Counted from the first letter of the stretch, positions 20,059 through 30,972 are shown. The stretch is DNA of 64,000 nt from an uncultured Halioglobus sp. (GCA_964519755.1 CAZFJQ010000002.1:83307-147306), one strand, 5' to 3'. The notes: generated from the sequence alone by a model not told the origin. Made by a program: numbers and translations.

Positions 20059-20991
20059 ATGTCACGCACGTTGACCATAGCGACACGCGAGAGTCAGCTG
20101 GCCCTCTGGCAGGCGCACTTTGTGCGCGATGCGCTCCTGCGTGCCGAGCCCGGGCTGGAGATTCGGCTGCTCGGCATGACCTCGCGCGGCGACCAGCTGC
20201 TCGATGTGCCTTTGTCCAAGGTCGGCGGCAAAGGTTTGTTTGTCAAGGAGCTGGAGTCCGCGCTGCTGGACAAGCGCGCCGATATCGCGGTGCACTCGAT
20301 GAAAGATGTGCCCATGGAGTTCCCGGCGGGCCTCGGCCTCGGCGTGATCTGTGAGCGCGAAGACCCGACTGACGCCTTTGTCAGTAACCGCTTCAACTCG
20401 CTGGATGCGCTGCCGGCGGGCAGTATCGTGGGCACCTCGAGCCTGCGGCGGGAGTGCCAGCTGCGGGCGAGAAGACCCGACCTCGAGGTGAAATTTCTGC
20501 GTGGCAATGTCAATTCGCGCCTGCGCAAGCTGGACGCGGGAGAGTACGACGCGATTATCCTCGCCAGTGCCGGTCTTCTGCGTCTTGAGCTTGCCGAGCG
20601 CATCGCGCAACGCATCGATGTCGAACTGTCGCTGCCCGCGGGCGGCCAGGGTGCGGTGGGAATCGAGCTGCGCGAGGGAGATCATGCAACCCGGGAGTTG
20701 CTGCAGGTATTGCACCACGCGCCGAGTGCGCTGCGCGTAACCGCCGAGCGCGCCCTGAACCGGCGGCTGCAGGGTAGCTGTGAGGTGCCCATCGCGTGCT
20801 ACGCGGAACTGGCGGATGACGACACGGTGCTCTGGTTACGTGGTCGGGTGGGACGCCCCGATGGCAGCGTACTGCTGTTGGCCGAGGGCAGAGCGCCCGC
20901 CAGCGAAGCCGCCGAGCTCGGTGTGCGGGTTGCCGACGACCTCCTGGCCCAGGGGGCGGGCGCAATACTGGCCGAGGTGTATGGTCGCTGA
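20059..20991 (+). CDS. hemC: Hydroxymethylbilane synthase
   Basis: [15 protein letters not shown]...MTSRGD...[15 protein letters not shown], 310 aa. Confidence 0.95.
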   Translation: MSRTLTIATRESQLALWQAHFVRDALLRAEPGLEIRLLGMTSRGDQLLDVPLSKVGGKGLFVKELESALLDKRADIAVHSMKDVPMEFPAGLGLGVICEREDPTDAFVSNRFNSLDALPAGSIVGTSSLRRECQLRARRPDLEVKFLRGNVNSRLRKLDAGEYDAIILASAGLLRLELAERIAQRIDVELSLPAGGQGAVGIELREGDHATRELLQVLHHAPSALRVTAERALNRRLQGSCEVPIACYAELADDDTVLWLRGRVGRPDGSVLLLAEGRAPASEAAELGVRVADDLLAQGAGAILAEVYGR

Positions 20992-21775
20992 GACCGCCTC
21001 CCGCGACGCGCCGGTGGTGTTGGTGACGCGTCCTGAAGGAGAGGCGGCGGAGGCCCTGTGCCGCTCTGTTCGCGCCGCTGGATTCCGGGTGAACGCACAG
21101 CCGTTAATGACAATCCTGCCCATCTCGCCGCTGGGCCCTGCGCAACACCAGCGCGTGCGGCAACTGGATTGGTATCAGCATGTGATTTTCGTCAGCGCGA
21201 ATGCCGTGCGTGCAGGGATGGCTCTGCTGGAGGATTGCTGGGCGCAGCTGCCCGGCGCGATCCAATGGTATGCAGTGGGGGAGGCCACCGCCGCAGCGCT
21301 GGCTGCCCGCGGCGTGCGTGCGCAGACGCCCGGCGACCAGATGCACAGCGAGGGTCTGCTCGCGCTGTCATCGCTCGCCGCCGTGGAGGGCCAGCGCGTG
21401 CTCATCGTCAAGGGCGAGGGGGGGCGTGACACGATTCGCCGGACCCTCGAGGGGCGCGGCGCACGTGTGGATGAGCTGGCCTGTTACCGGCGTGGCTGTC
21501 CATCGCTTGCACCCGGCGCACTGGCGGCGATGCTCGAACGCTGGGCGATCGACATCGTGCTGATCAGCAGTGGCGAGGGCCTGTGTAACTTTGTCGAGTT
21601 GCTTAGGCCTGCGGAACCTACTAACTTTAGTCAATTAAGCCTTATCGCGCCGTCGGAACGGGTGGCGGAGCTGGCCCGCGCGGCGGGCTTCGACCGGATC
21701 GTAACCGCCGCGAATGCGTCGGATGCCGCCATGCTCCACGCCCTTGAGAATTGCAAACCCTGCCATGGAGGTTGA
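20981..21775 (+). CDS. hemD: Uroporphyrinogen-III synthase
   Basis: Trimmed to the ATG at 20981, which overlaps the hemC stop by 11 nt. [13 protein letters not shown]...FVSANAV is the typical HemD pattern. It lies between hemC and hemX. Confidence 0.8.
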   Translation: MVAETASRDAPVVLVTRPEGEAAEALCRSVRAAGFRVNAQPLMTILPISPLGPAQHQRVRQLDWYQHVIFVSANAVRAGMALLEDCWAQLPGAIQWYAVGEATAAALAARGVRAQTPGDQMHSEGLLALSSLAAVEGQRVLIVKGEGGRDTIRRTLEGRGARVDELACYRRGCPSLAPGALAAMLERWAIDIVLISSGEGLCNFVELLRPAEPTNFSQLSLIAPSERVAELARAAGFDRIVTAANASDAAMLHALENCKPCHGG

Positions 21776-21778
21776 TGA

Positions 21779-22954
21779 GTGAGCGACCAGGAACAAAAAC
21801 CGGACGACGATTCATCGGGGAGTACAGCATCCGCGCCCGCGGCACCCCCGGCCTCCCCCGCGCCTGCTCCCGAGCAGCCGCGCAAGGCGTCCTCCCCGGT
21901 CGCCTGGCTGGCGCTACTGCTGGTGTTGGGCCTCGCCGGTGCGGCGGCCTGGTACCTGCCGCAGCTTCAGCGCTCCGAGGAGGGGCTGAATAAACGCATA
22001 GCGGAGGTCGAGTCGGAGATCGAGTCCAGCGTCGGCGGCGAGCGCGCTTCCATGGATGCGGTTTCACGCGAGCTCAACGACGAATTGCAGGCCGGGCTGG
22101 GTGAGCTTCGGGCGGAGATCAACCAGGCCGAATCTGCCGTGGAATCCAGCGAGCAACGCCTCTCCCAGGCGATGCTTGAGCTGGAGTCCCAGCTCGCCGA
22201 CCAGCGCGCGGAGCTGGCCCGGTTCGGCGCGAACGACCGCACCAGCTGGCTGCTGGCGGAAGCCGAATACCTGTTGCGTCTGGCCAGCCAGCGGCTCGTC
22301 ATGGCCGGGGATGCCGTCGCCGCGAGGGCGTTGATCACCAGCGCTGACGGTGTATTGCGAGAGATCGACGACGCCGGGTTGTTCGATGCGCGTGCTGCGC
22401 TGGCCGCTGACCTGGCCGCTGTGCGGGCGGTGCCGACGATCGATGTCGAGGGGATTTACCTGCGTCTTTCGGCACTGATTGAACAGGCCGATGCGCTGGT
22501 CATTTTCAGTTTGCGGGAACGCGAGGCGGAAGTGGAGCCAGAGCCCGCTTCCGGCTGGCAGGAGCGCCTGCGCCAGGGTTACACCGCGGCGCTCGAGAAG
22601 CTCTCGGACTACATCATTATCCGCCGCCGCGATGTCCCCATGCAGGCGCTCATGGACCCCCAGTGGGAGGGCCTGGTAAGACAGAACCTGCGCATGTTGC
22701 TGGAGCAGGCGCAGGTCGCTGTGCTCTCTGAGAATGCCGTGCTGTATCGGGAAAGCCTCGAGAGAGCGCGTGACTGGGTTGCCCAGTTCGATGAATCCGA
22801 TCCCGCCCGGGCGAGCGCCATGACGCGCGAGATCAACCAGCTCGCAAGTGCGCGGGTCGCGGTCGATATGCCCGACCTGAGCCGCTCCCTGCGCGCCCTG
22901 GACGCAGCGGTTCAGCAGCATCTCGATCGCAAGCAGCAGGGAGGCGACGAGTAA
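21779..22954 (+). CDS. hemX: HemX-family protein (annotated historically as uroporphyrinogen-III C-methyltransferase)
   Basis: A Pro/Ala-rich N-terminus and a single TM helix (VAWLALLLVLGLAGAAAWYL) are followed by a long coiled coil. The position after hemD fits. Confidence 0.75.
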   Translation: MSDQEQKPDDDSSGSTASAPAAPPASPAPAPEQPRKASSPVAWLALLLVLGLAGAAAWYLPQLQRSEEGLNKRIAEVESEIESSVGGERASMDAVSRELNDELQAGLGELRAEINQAESAVESSEQRLSQAMLELESQLADQRAELARFGANDRTSWLLAEAEYLLRLASQRLVMAGDAVAARALITSADGVLREIDDAGLFDARAALAADLAAVRAVPTIDVEGIYLRLSALIEQADALVIFSLREREAEVEPEPASGWQERLRQGYTAALEKLSDYIIIRRRDVPMQALMDPQWEGLVRQNLRMLLEQAQVAVLSENAVLYRESLERARDWVAQFDESDPARASAMTREINQLASARVAVDMPDLSRSLRALDAAVQQHLDRKQQGGDE

Positions 22955-22957
22955 CTC

Positions 22958-24190
22958 ATGCGCAGACTTTTTGCCGTATCTCTTATCGCGCTGCTGCTCG
23001 GTGTGGGCATCGTCGCCCTGATTGAAACCGACCCGGGCTACGTGCTGCTGGCCTATGACAAGTACACGCTGGAAAGCAGCCTTTGGGTAGGCCTGTTGCT
23101 GTTGTTTTTTGGCATGCTTGTATTTTATTGGCTACTGCGCCTCATTTACCGGGTGCTTGGCGGGCAACAGGCACTTAGCAGTTGGTGGGGCCGCCGGCGC
23201 AGTGACCAGGCGCAGCGCAACACGGCGCGCGGACTGATCAGCTATCTGGAGGGTAACTGGCGTCGCGCGCGCCGGCTGCTGCTGCGCGGTGCCAGTGGCA
23301 ACGACGCCCCCCTGATCAACTACCTGATGGCCGCGCGTGCGAGCGATTTCCTTGAAGAGCCCGAGCGGGTTGAGGAGTACCTGGCTACCGCTGTGGAGCT
23401 GGATAACGATGGCGATGCGGCGATCGCCATCAGTCGCGCGGAAATACATCTCAGGGCGGGCGAATATGCCCAGGCCCTGGCCGCGCTGGATACGGTGCGC
23501 CAGGAAGTGGGGCGTTACCCGCAGGTACTGCATTTGCTACAGCAGGCATATGAGGGTCTGCAGGATTGGGACAAACTGGTGGATTTGCTGCCGCAGCTGC
23601 GCAAGTACCACCTGCTGGACGAGGATGAACTCGCGCAGATAGAACGCGAAACGCACATTAGCAGGCTGCGCGCGGCAACCTCGGCGCAACAGTTGGCGAG
23701 AGCCTGGCAGGCTTTGCCGGTGCCGCTAAGGGAAAACCGTGAATTACTCTGGCTGTACGTGGCCAGGCAGGTGGAACTGGACGATCACGCCGGTGCCGAG
23801 AAGGCCGTGCTGCGTGGTTTGAAACAGGGCTGGGATGCGCAACTGGTGCGCCAGTACGGGTTGATAGCGGGTGAGAATGCCTCGCGGCAGCTCACCCAGG
23901 CGGAACGCTGGCTGTCCGAGCATCCCAATGACCCGCAGCTGCTGCTGAGTCTCGGGCGTCTGTGCCTGCGCGACCAGCTCTGGGGCAAGGCCCGGGATTA
24001 TTTCGAGCGCAGCTACAAGCTGGACCCCGGTGCGGAAGTCTGCGCCGAGCTGGGCAGGTTGTTACTGGGCCTGGGCGAACCCAGGGTTGCCGCGGTCTAT
24101 TATCGCGAGGGGCTCTCGCTGCTGGAGCCGGGGCTGCCCGACCTGCCGCAACCGGAACCCGCGGAATTCGCCGCCCAGCAAAACGCCTGA
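22958..24190 (+). CDS. hemY: HemY-family TPR membrane protein
   Basis: Two N-terminal TM helices are followed by TPR-like repeats. The length of 410 aa and the position after hemX fit. Confidence 0.8.
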   Translation: MRRLFAVSLIALLLGVGIVALIETDPGYVLLAYDKYTLESSLWVGLLLLFFGMLVFYWLLRLIYRVLGGQQALSSWWGRRRSDQAQRNTARGLISYLEGNWRRARRLLLRGASGNDAPLINYLMAARASDFLEEPERVEEYLATAVELDNDGDAAIAISRAEIHLRAGEYAQALAALDTVRQEVGRYPQVLHLLQQAYEGLQDWDKLVDLLPQLRKYHLLDEDELAQIERETHISRLRAATSAQQLARAWQALPVPLRENRELLWLYVARQVELDDHAGAEKAVLRGLKQGWDAQLVRQYGLIAGENASRQLTQAERWLSEHPNDPQLLLSLGRLCLRDQLWGKARDYFERSYKLDPGAEVCAELGRLLLGLGEPRVAAVYYREGLSLLEPGLPDLPQPEPAEFAAQQNA

Positions 24191-24211
24191 GCGGCAAAGA
24201 AAAAGACAGGT

Positions 24212-24233
24212 GGCCAGCGTGAAGGTGCTGGCC
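24212..24233. terminator. GC hairpin between convergent hemY and the TonB-dependent receptor gene (possible bidirectional terminator)
   Basis: GGCCAGC-gtgaaggt-GCTGGCC is a perfect 7 bp stem, but there is no T-run on either side. Confidence 0.3.
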
Positions 24234-24253
24234 GCCTGGCCTGGTACCGGTAG

Positions 24254-26467
24254 CTAGTACTGGTAGGTCAGTGTCACGCCCCAGGTTCGCGGGTCGCCGA
24301 AGGTCTGCACATCGGTGGCACCGAAAGTAGACCAGGCCGCGGTGTTCACCAGGCCGTACTCCTCATCGGTGAGGTTGCGACCCCAGAGCATGAACTGGAG
24401 CGAGCCCGGCAGGTGTTCTACCTGGATATCCCTCCATCCCAGCGCTGCGCCGAGCAGGCCGTAGTCATCGATGATGGTGTTGTCTGCCGCATTCACCGAG
24501 GTAGAGACTTCATCCTGCCAGCCGTAGTCCGCATTGAATGTCAGGTCGCCGTTGGCGAGTGGCTTGAGGTAATTCAGCGAAAGGCTGTAGCTGTTTTCCG
24601 GTGACGGGGCGAACACGTCGATCAGTTCGAACTGCCCTGCCGGGCTGTCCAGCGTATCCTCGCCGAGTTCGGTGTCGGTGTAGCCATAGCTTGCGGTGAG
24701 GGTCAGCCCTTCGGTGAGCAACAGTGTCAGGTCGAATTCCGCACCCGCAATGGTGTTGCCATCGACGGGCAGGAAGTCGCGGCCACCGGGGTTCACCGGG
24801 TCGGTCTGCACGCTCGTTTGCAGGCCATCGAGTTCCATGTAGAACACCGCGGCGTTCAGGCGCGCGCGTCGCTCCCAGAGGTCGCCCTTGAAGCCCAGCT
24901 CATAGCTGAGAATATCTTCCTCTTCAAAACCCCTGCCAAAGAGTTCAGCATTTGCGGAACGGGTCGAGGTGCCGCCGGATTTGTAGCCGCTGACGACCTT
25001 GCCGTAGACGTTGATGTCGTCGTTGACGTCGAAGGCAATGGTCAGCGAGGGGTTGAAGTTGTCGAAGTCTTCATCGTAGGAACCGATGAACGGCACCGTG
25101 GCGCGGTTGTTTTCACGGTCGGCCTTGCGGTCGTCGACAGAGTAGCGCGCGCCCAGCGTAATCTGCCAGCGCTGTTGCATAAAGTCGGGGTTCCAGGTGG
25201 CCTGCGCGAACGCCGCCATGGATTCGTTTTCGGTTTTGGTGAGATCGGTGAAGCCTTCCAGGCCGACCGATACACCCTGTGAAGCGTCCTGGGTGGATTC
25301 GTCCTCGTAGTAGTAGAGGCCCGCCACATACTCCCAGTTGCGGGTGCTGCCCAGCAGTTGGATTTCCTGGGAGAACTGTTCGAACTCGGTATCGAACACG
25401 CCCACGTTCGGCGCGCCGACGCCGCGGCCAATGTCCGTGTAATCGCCGGTTGCGGTGGCCAATGCGTCGCCGGCAGTGAGGCTTTGCAAGTCGCGGTAGC
25501 CGGTGATGGATTTCAGCGTCAGGCTGTCGCTGAGCGCCCACTCCGCCCACAACGTATGTGCCTCGATCTCCTGGTCGTTGGCGACGATTTTACGAAACGG
25601 CGTTACCTCGTCGAGAAAGCCCATGCTGACGTCGTCGGTGAAGGTGGTAAAAGCAGCGAGGAAGCCCGCATCGCTTAATGAGCGCACCTGCTCCAGGCGC
25701 TGGGTATCTTTCAACTCGGCGTCTTCATAGCGGTAATCGACGATGAAATTCTCACTGGCTTCCCAGCGCAGGTCCGCCACCAGGCTGCGGCGATCTTCCT
25801 CGCCGAAATCGTTGCCCTCGCCCAGGTTCTTCACATAGCCGCCGCGTTCGGAATCCACGTAGACGAACTTGGCTGCGAGGCTGTCGCCGACAGGCATGTT
25901 CAGGAGTGTTTTACTTTGCGACTTGGCGAGGTTGCCGAAAGTCAGGTCCTGGCGGAACTCGACGCTTTCGGTGCTGGCGCGTCGCGTGATGAGGTTGAGC
26001 GCACCGCCCGTCGCGTTGCGCCCGTACAGCGTGCCCTGTGGGCCCCGCAGCACTTCGATACGCTCGAGGTCCACCCCTTCGAAACCGGCGCCGAAGGAGG
26101 TGCCCACGTACACGCCGTCCGTGTACAGCGCGACCGATGGATCCTGGGTGATCTGGATGTCGTTCTGGCCGATGCCGCGAATGAACAGGCGAATGGCGGT
26201 GGGGTCATTGTTGAACGGATTGATGTAGAGGTTGGGAATACTGGCACCGATGTCTTTCAGGTCGTCGATGACGCGCATCTCGAGCGCCCCCTGGTCGATG
26301 GTGGCGACCGAGATGGGGACATCCTGGAGTGACTCCGTGCGTTTCTGCGCGGTCACTATCACCTCTTCCAGCATAAGGTTGTTCTGGGCCTGTGCCGGGA
26401 CAGTGCCGAGCACTGCCGCGACCTGTGCAGCGAGGACGACGGGCAAGAAGGATTGTTTGCGTGTCAT
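24254..26467 (-). CDS. TonB-dependent outer-membrane receptor
   Basis: It has a signal peptide and a plug domain (EEVIVTAQKRTESLQDVPISVATI, IEVLRGPQGTLYGRNATGGALN). The ~737 aa beta-barrel ends TWGVTLTYQY. The substrate cannot be told from the sequence. Confidence 0.9.
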   Translation of the reverse strand: MTRKQSFLPVVLAAQVAAVLGTVPAQAQNNLMLEEVIVTAQKRTESLQDVPISVATIDQGALEMRVIDDLKDIGASIPNLYINPFNNDPTAIRLFIRGIGQNDIQITQDPSVALYTDGVYVGTSFGAGFEGVDLERIEVLRGPQGTLYGRNATGGALNLITRRASTESVEFRQDLTFGNLAKSQSKTLLNMPVGDSLAAKFVYVDSERGGYVKNLGEGNDFGEEDRRSLVADLRWEASENFIVDYRYEDAELKDTQRLEQVRSLSDAGFLAAFTTFTDDVSMGFLDEVTPFRKIVANDQEIEAHTLWAEWALSDSLTLKSITGYRDLQSLTAGDALATATGDYTDIGRGVGAPNVGVFDTEFEQFSQEIQLLGSTRNWEYVAGLYYYEDESTQDASQGVSVGLEGFTDLTKTENESMAAFAQATWNPDFMQQRWQITLGARYSVDDRKADRENNRATVPFIGSYDEDFDNFNPSLTIAFDVNDDINVYGKVVSGYKSGGTSTRSANAELFGRGFEEEDILSYELGFKGDLWERRARLNAAVFYMELDGLQTSVQTDPVNPGGRDFLPVDGNTIAGAEFDLTLLLTEGLTLTASYGYTDTELGEDTLDSPAGQFELIDVFAPSPENSYSLSLNYLKPLANGDLTFNADYGWQDEVSTSVNAADNTIIDDYGLLGAALGWRDIQVEHLPGSLQFMLWGRNLTDEEYGLVNTAAWSTFGATDVQTFGDPRTWGVTLTYQY

Positions 26468-26615
26468 GGTTAGTCTCCGGTCTGATTATCAGTATAGTGT
26501 TGCGCGCGCAGTACTGGATTCCAGGCTCCCGGCAAGCGCAGCTATGCATCTGCCTGGGGACTGTAACAGTAGTGCATCATAGGGCCAAGCGACGCGGGTT
26601 TCGAGTCCCTGTCGA

Positions 26616-27677
26616 TCAGTTTGTCTGGATCGGTATGATTCTATCGCCCGCCGACAGCCCCGAGAGTATCTCCAGCAGGCCCTCGGCGTGGGGTTTGCCT
26701 GTGCGCACGTAGCGGCGTTGAATGCCCCCCTCGGTTGCGACCCAGACGAGGTCCAGCTGCCCGACATGAGCCACCCTGTCGGCGGGTACCAGTAATGCAG
26801 AGGTTGCCCCGGCAGGTACTTCCAGACGCGCGTACATGCCTGGCAACAGGCTGCTGCCGTGTTCCAGCCTGCATTTCACCAACAGGCTGCGTGAGCCCGG
26901 GTTGCCCGCGGGTACCAGCTCTTCAATAACGGCCACGCGTTCGCTATCGAGTGAAGGAATGCTCACGGTTAGTACTTGTCCCGGCTCGAGCGCCAGTGCC
27001 AGTGCCTCGCGCACATGGGCTTCCACCCGGAGGGATAGTGGGTTGTACAGCGCCAGCAGCGGGGTACCCGCCTGCACTGTGTCCCCCGGCTCGGCGAGAC
27101 GATCCACGATGCGGCCTGCGATCGGCGCCCTGATGCTGGCATAGCGCAGCGCCGTACTGGCTTCCACCAGGGATTGTTCTGCACTCGTGAGGCTCGCCAG
27201 CAACGCGTCGTGATTGGCCCGCGCGCGGTCGAGATCTGCCCGGGCCAGCAGTCCACGAGCGCTCAGGTCCTCCGCCCGCTGCAGCGATAGTCGCGCTTCC
27301 GTGAGCCGGGCGGTCGCCGATTCGACGTTGGCCTGCGCCTGTGAGACCCGCGTGGCCAGGTCGTCACTTTCAAGCTGCACCAGCAATTGGCCCTCCTGCA
27401 CTGAATCTCCAGCGCGCACAAGCACCTGCTCAATGCGTGCCAGGAGGCGCGAAGAAATCATCGTGGCTTCCTTGGCTTCGACTGTGGCCGGCACTCCTTC
27501 GTACACCGGCACGACGCGCTCCTCGACGGCGATGGCGTCGGCTGGCATGGCGTATTCGCGATTGTCCCGTCCCGGGGCGGTGCGCTGGTCAAAGCTGCCG
27601 GCCATCCATGCGATCAACAGTAACAGGCCCGCTATTGCGGCTATGGGCAGTAGCCATTTGATTGATTTAGAGGCCAT
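26616..27677 (-). CDS. RND efflux periplasmic adaptor (membrane fusion protein)
   Basis: It has an N-terminal TM anchor, a coiled-coil hairpin (ATRVSQAQANVESATARL...DLDRARANHDALLASL) and IRAPIAGRIV (lipoyl/beta-barrel motif). It overlaps the stop of the upstream permease by 11 nt. Confidence 0.85.
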   Translation of the reverse strand: MASKSIKWLLPIAAIAGLLLLIAWMAGSFDQRTAPGRDNREYAMPADAIAVEERVVPVYEGVPATVEAKEATMISSRLLARIEQVLVRAGDSVQEGQLLVQLESDDLATRVSQAQANVESATARLTEARLSLQRAEDLSARGLLARADLDRARANHDALLASLTSAEQSLVEASTALRYASIRAPIAGRIVDRLAEPGDTVQAGTPLLALYNPLSLRVEAHVREALALALEPGQVLTVSIPSLDSERVAVIEELVPAGNPGSRSLLVKCRLEHGSSLLPGMYARLEVPAGATSALLVPADRVAHVGQLDLVWVATEGGIQRRYVRTGKPHAEGLLEILSGLSAGDRIIPIQTN

Positions 27678-30600
27678 TGGACGACTCCTCCAGAGGTTGC
27701 GCTCGCTCGAACACCAGCTGGTAAACCACCGGCACCACCAGCAGGGTAAACAGTGTGGATGCGACGATACCGAACATGATTGCCAGCGCGAGGCCGCTGA
27801 ATACCGGATCCAGCACGATCACGAGATTGCCCAGCAGGGTTGTGCCCGCAGTGAGCAGGATCGGTCGCATGCGGATAGCGCCAGCGCGCAACAGCGCCTC
27901 GCGGACGGGCGTTCCGCGTGCGCGCTCCTGGGTGATGAACTCAACCAGAATGAGCGAGTTGCGCACCACGATGCCTGCCAGCGCGATCATGCCGATCATG
28001 GCGGTGGCGGTGAATAGCACCGGGTCCGGTGCGCCCGCAACCGTGCGCTCACCGAACTGATTTATCAGCCAGAAACCCGGCATGATACCGATCAGCGTGA
28101 GGGGAATGGCCGACATAATGATGAGTGACAGGGCGGTGGAGCCGGTTTGCACTTTGAGCACGAAGAATATGCCGACAAGTGCAAACATGAACGCGAGGCC
28201 CATGTCGCGAAACACGTCGACGGTAATTTTCCATTCGCCTTCACCCGTAAAGCGAAGTTCCACTCCGTCGGGTAGTTGCCAGCCATCGCCTCCACCGCTG
28301 GCGAAAAAACTGCGCTGCTGCCAGTCGCTGCCGCTGCCGGGCATGCCGCCGAGGTCAGCGTACACATCCGCGATCACCTCGGCGGGCGTACGCCCGGAAA
28401 TTTCTGCCGTCACATAGACCACGCGCTTGAGATCCTTGCGATGAATTGTCCGGTCGGCGGGCAGCTCGCGGAACTCGCCCAATTCGCCCAGTGCCACCAG
28501 CGGTTGCGGCGCGATCTCCAGGCCGCTCGGGTTGCCCTGCTTGGTAATGCCGGCCCGCCCCCGAATCTGCAGGCGCTGCAGGTCGTGCAACGATGAGCGC
28601 TCTGCAAGCGGCAGTCGCAGCTCTATCGGGAGTGGCTTCGCCTCGCGCGGCTGGTACAGGTAGCCGCCCAGCGAGCCGGCGTTCGCCATGCTCAATGCCT
28701 GGTTGATATCGGCGGTGGAGATGCCCGAGAGAGCCGCTTTCTGTTTGTCCGTGACGAAACGCATACGCTGGTAGTCCGCTTCCATCGTACTGTCCACCTC
28801 GGTCACAAACGGTTCGCGCTGCAGCCGGGCCAGGACAGTCTGCGAAGCCGCCTGCAGTGCCTCGTAGGGCACCAGCGCATTGCCGGTGATTTCTACGACC
28901 AGCGTGCTGAGCACCGGCGGTCCAGGGGGTACCTCGACAACCCGGACAATGGCGCCGGCGCCGGAAAAATCTGCAAGCAATTGCCGCAGCCGCAGCACTA
29001 CCGCGTGGGATTGATGTTCACGCTCGCTCTTGTCCATGAGTGTCACGCGCAGGTCCGCAAGGTGCGGCGCATGGCGCTGGTAATAGCGCCTGACCATGCC
29101 GTTGAAATCCATCGGCGAAGGCTCGCCGACGTAGGCCGCCACCGCCCGGACTTCGTGTAGCTCCCGCACGCGCGCCGAGACGCTGGTTGCCAGCGCAGCG
29201 GTCTGTTCGAGCGTGGAGCCCTCCGGCATGTCGATGACAATCTGGATTTCATTCTTATTGTCGTACGGTAGCAGTTTCAGCGGCACCAGCCGGAACAGCG
29301 GGAGTATGGCGGCGGCAATGAACAGGGCCAGCACCATCAGCAGCAGCCCACGCGACCTGGCGCGACTCGCCAGAATCGGTTGCATCACTCTTCGATAAAC
29401 GGACGCAAGCCCCGATTCCCCGCTACTCCCGGGCTGCGAAGGCGCATTCGCCAGAAACTTCATCGCCAACCAGGGCGTCACCGTGAACGCAACCAGCGTA
29501 CTGGTGATCACACTTAGCGGGACGTTGAACGCCATCGGCTCCATGTACGGCCCCATCATGCCGGTGATGAAGGCCAGCGGTACGAAGGCCAGTATGATCG
29601 TGATGGTGGACATCAACAGCGGCAGTCGAATCTCGCTGATGGCATCGACAATCGCATCTTTCATGTCGCCTGCACGCTGGCTCAGGTAGCGCTCTATGTT
29701 GTCCACGCCGGTGATCGGATCGTCTACCAGCAGGCCGAGCGAAAGAATCAGCGCGAACAGTGTGACCCGGTTGATGCTGTAGCCGAACGCCATATCCAGC
29801 GCCAGTGTGATGCCGTAACTGATCGGCACCGCGATACCGACGACAAGCGCGGGCCGCCAGCCGAGAAACACCGCTATAAAAACCACCACGGTCAGCACCG
29901 CAAAGGCGAGACTGGAGCTAAGATCGCGTACTTTTTCGTCCGCGGTCTGGCCGTAGTCCCGCAGGGTTTCCAGCTGTACCTCCGAAGGCAGAATTGTCTG
30001 CATCCTGGCCAGCAGTTCGTGAACATCCCGGGCCACCGTCACGGCGTTGCTGCCGCGCTGCTTGGCAACACTGAGCGTCACCATCGGCAGCCCTTCGCGA
30101 CCGGCGCGATAATCGCGGGAGAAATCCATCCAGGTATAACTTTCTGGTTCTGCCGGGCCATCAATCAACGTCGCGACCTCGTTGAGGAACACGGGCTGCC
30201 CGTTGACCACATTGATTACCGCGTTGCTGAGTTCATCCTTGCTGCGTATGACATCGCCGCTCTCGAGCAACATGCCTTGACTGTCCAGAACCCAGCGGCC
30301 TCCTTCGACCAGCTGATTGGAAAGCTCCAGGGCCTGCATGATGTCGCTCACGGTGCTGTTGCGCGCGGCCAGACTCTCGGTGTCCGGCAGTATTCGAATG
30401 GTGCGTGGCCGGCCACCGGTAACTCTCACTTCGCCCGTATCGTCGACAGATTGAACAAACGTGGCCAGTTCGTCGGCAATACGTCGCAGTTCGAAATCGC
30501 TGACCCTTTCTGCATCACTGCTCCACAGTGCCAGCAGTAAGATGGGGACGTCGTCCACCTCGATCGGGTCGACCATCCAGCGGCTTACAACGCCAGGGAC

Positions 30601-30972
30601 CTGATCCTGGCTGGAATACAGTTTGTTGTAGGTGTTCAGGATCGAGCGTTCGCGATCCTCGCCGACGTAAAAACGCAGTGTCGCACTGCTGCGGCCCTGG
30701 CTGCTGGCGGAGTAGATATTCTCAACGCCTGGAATCTGCTTCAGCAGTTTCTCCAGCGGTATGCTCACCTGTCTTTCTACCTGCTCCGCCGAAAGCCCGG
30801 GCGCCTCTACCAGCACGTCTACCATGGGCACTACGATTTGCGGTTCTTCTTCGCGAGGAGTCAGCGCCAGTGCTATGGCGCCGAGTAGCAACGATACTGC
30901 GAGCAACAGCATTGGTAAGCCGCCGCCGAGGCCGTAGCGGATCAGGGACTGCAGTGGCGCTTCGGGTTTCAT
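27667..30972 (-). CDS. RND efflux transporter permease (AcrB/AcrD/AcrF superfamily)
   Basis: A 1101 aa protein with a 12-TM layout, two large periplasmic loops and typical TM4 (LLVDDPI) and TM10 regions. Confidence 0.9.
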   Translation of the reverse strand: MKPEAPLQSLIRYGLGGGLPMLLLAVSLLLGAIALALTPREEEPQIVVPMVDVLVEAPGLSAEQVERQVSIPLEKLLKQIPGVENIYSASSQGRSSATLRFYVGEDRERSILNTYNKLYSSQDQVPGVVSRWMVDPIEVDDVPILLLALWSSDAERVSDFELRRIADELATFVQSVDDTGEVRVTGGRPRTIRILPDTESLAARNSTVSDIMQALELSNQLVEGGRWVLDSQGMLLESGDVIRSKDELSNAVINVVNGQPVFLNEVATLIDGPAEPESYTWMDFSRDYRAGREGLPMVTLSVAKQRGSNAVTVARDVHELLARMQTILPSEVQLETLRDYGQTADEKVRDLSSSLAFAVLTVVVFIAVFLGWRPALVVGIAVPISYGITLALDMAFGYSINRVTLFALILSLGLLVDDPITGVDNIERYLSQRAGDMKDAIVDAISEIRLPLLMSTITIILAFVPLAFITGMMGPYMEPMAFNVPLSVITSTLVAFTVTPWLAMKFLANAPSQPGSSGESGLASVYRRVMQPILASRARSRGLLLMVLALFIAAAILPLFRLVPLKLLPYDNKNEIQIVIDMPEGSTLEQTAALATSVSARVRELHEVRAVAAYVGEPSPMDFNGMVRRYYQRHAPHLADLRVTLMDKSEREHQSHAVVLRLRQLLADFSGAGAIVRVVEVPPGPPVLSTLVVEITGNALVPYEALQAASQTVLARLQREPFVTEVDSTMEADYQRMRFVTDKQKAALSGISTADINQALSMANAGSLGGYLYQPREAKPLPIELRLPLAERSSLHDLQRLQIRGRAGITKQGNPSGLEIAPQPLVALGELGEFRELPADRTIHRKDLKRVVYVTAEISGRTPAEVIADVYADLGGMPGSGSDWQQRSFFASGGGDGWQLPDGVELRFTGEGEWKITVDVFRDMGLAFMFALVGIFFVLKVQTGSTALSLIIMSAIPLTLIGIMPGFWLINQFGERTVAGAPDPVLFTATAMIGMIALAGIVVRNSLILVEFITQERARGTPVREALLRAGAIRMRPILLTAGTTLLGNLVIVLDPVFSGLALAIMFGIVASTLFTLLVVPVVYQLVFERAQPLEESSNGL

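Noticed and set aside
26478-26496. TATACTGATAATCAGACC upstream of the TonB-dependent receptor, read as a possible Fur box.
   Set aside because: Only about half of the 19-bp Fur consensus (GATAATCA) matches, and it sits ~10-25 nt from the start codon. That is insufficient to call iron regulation. It needs a genome-wide Fur-box model to judge.
26594-26608. GGGTTTCGAGTCCC, which resembles a tRNA T-arm, in the gap between the adaptor gene and the TonB-dependent receptor gene.
   Set aside because: Only a 3-bp stem with an 8-nt loop can form. No acceptor, D or anticodon arms can be drawn around it on either strand. It is at most a chance match or a very degraded remnant.
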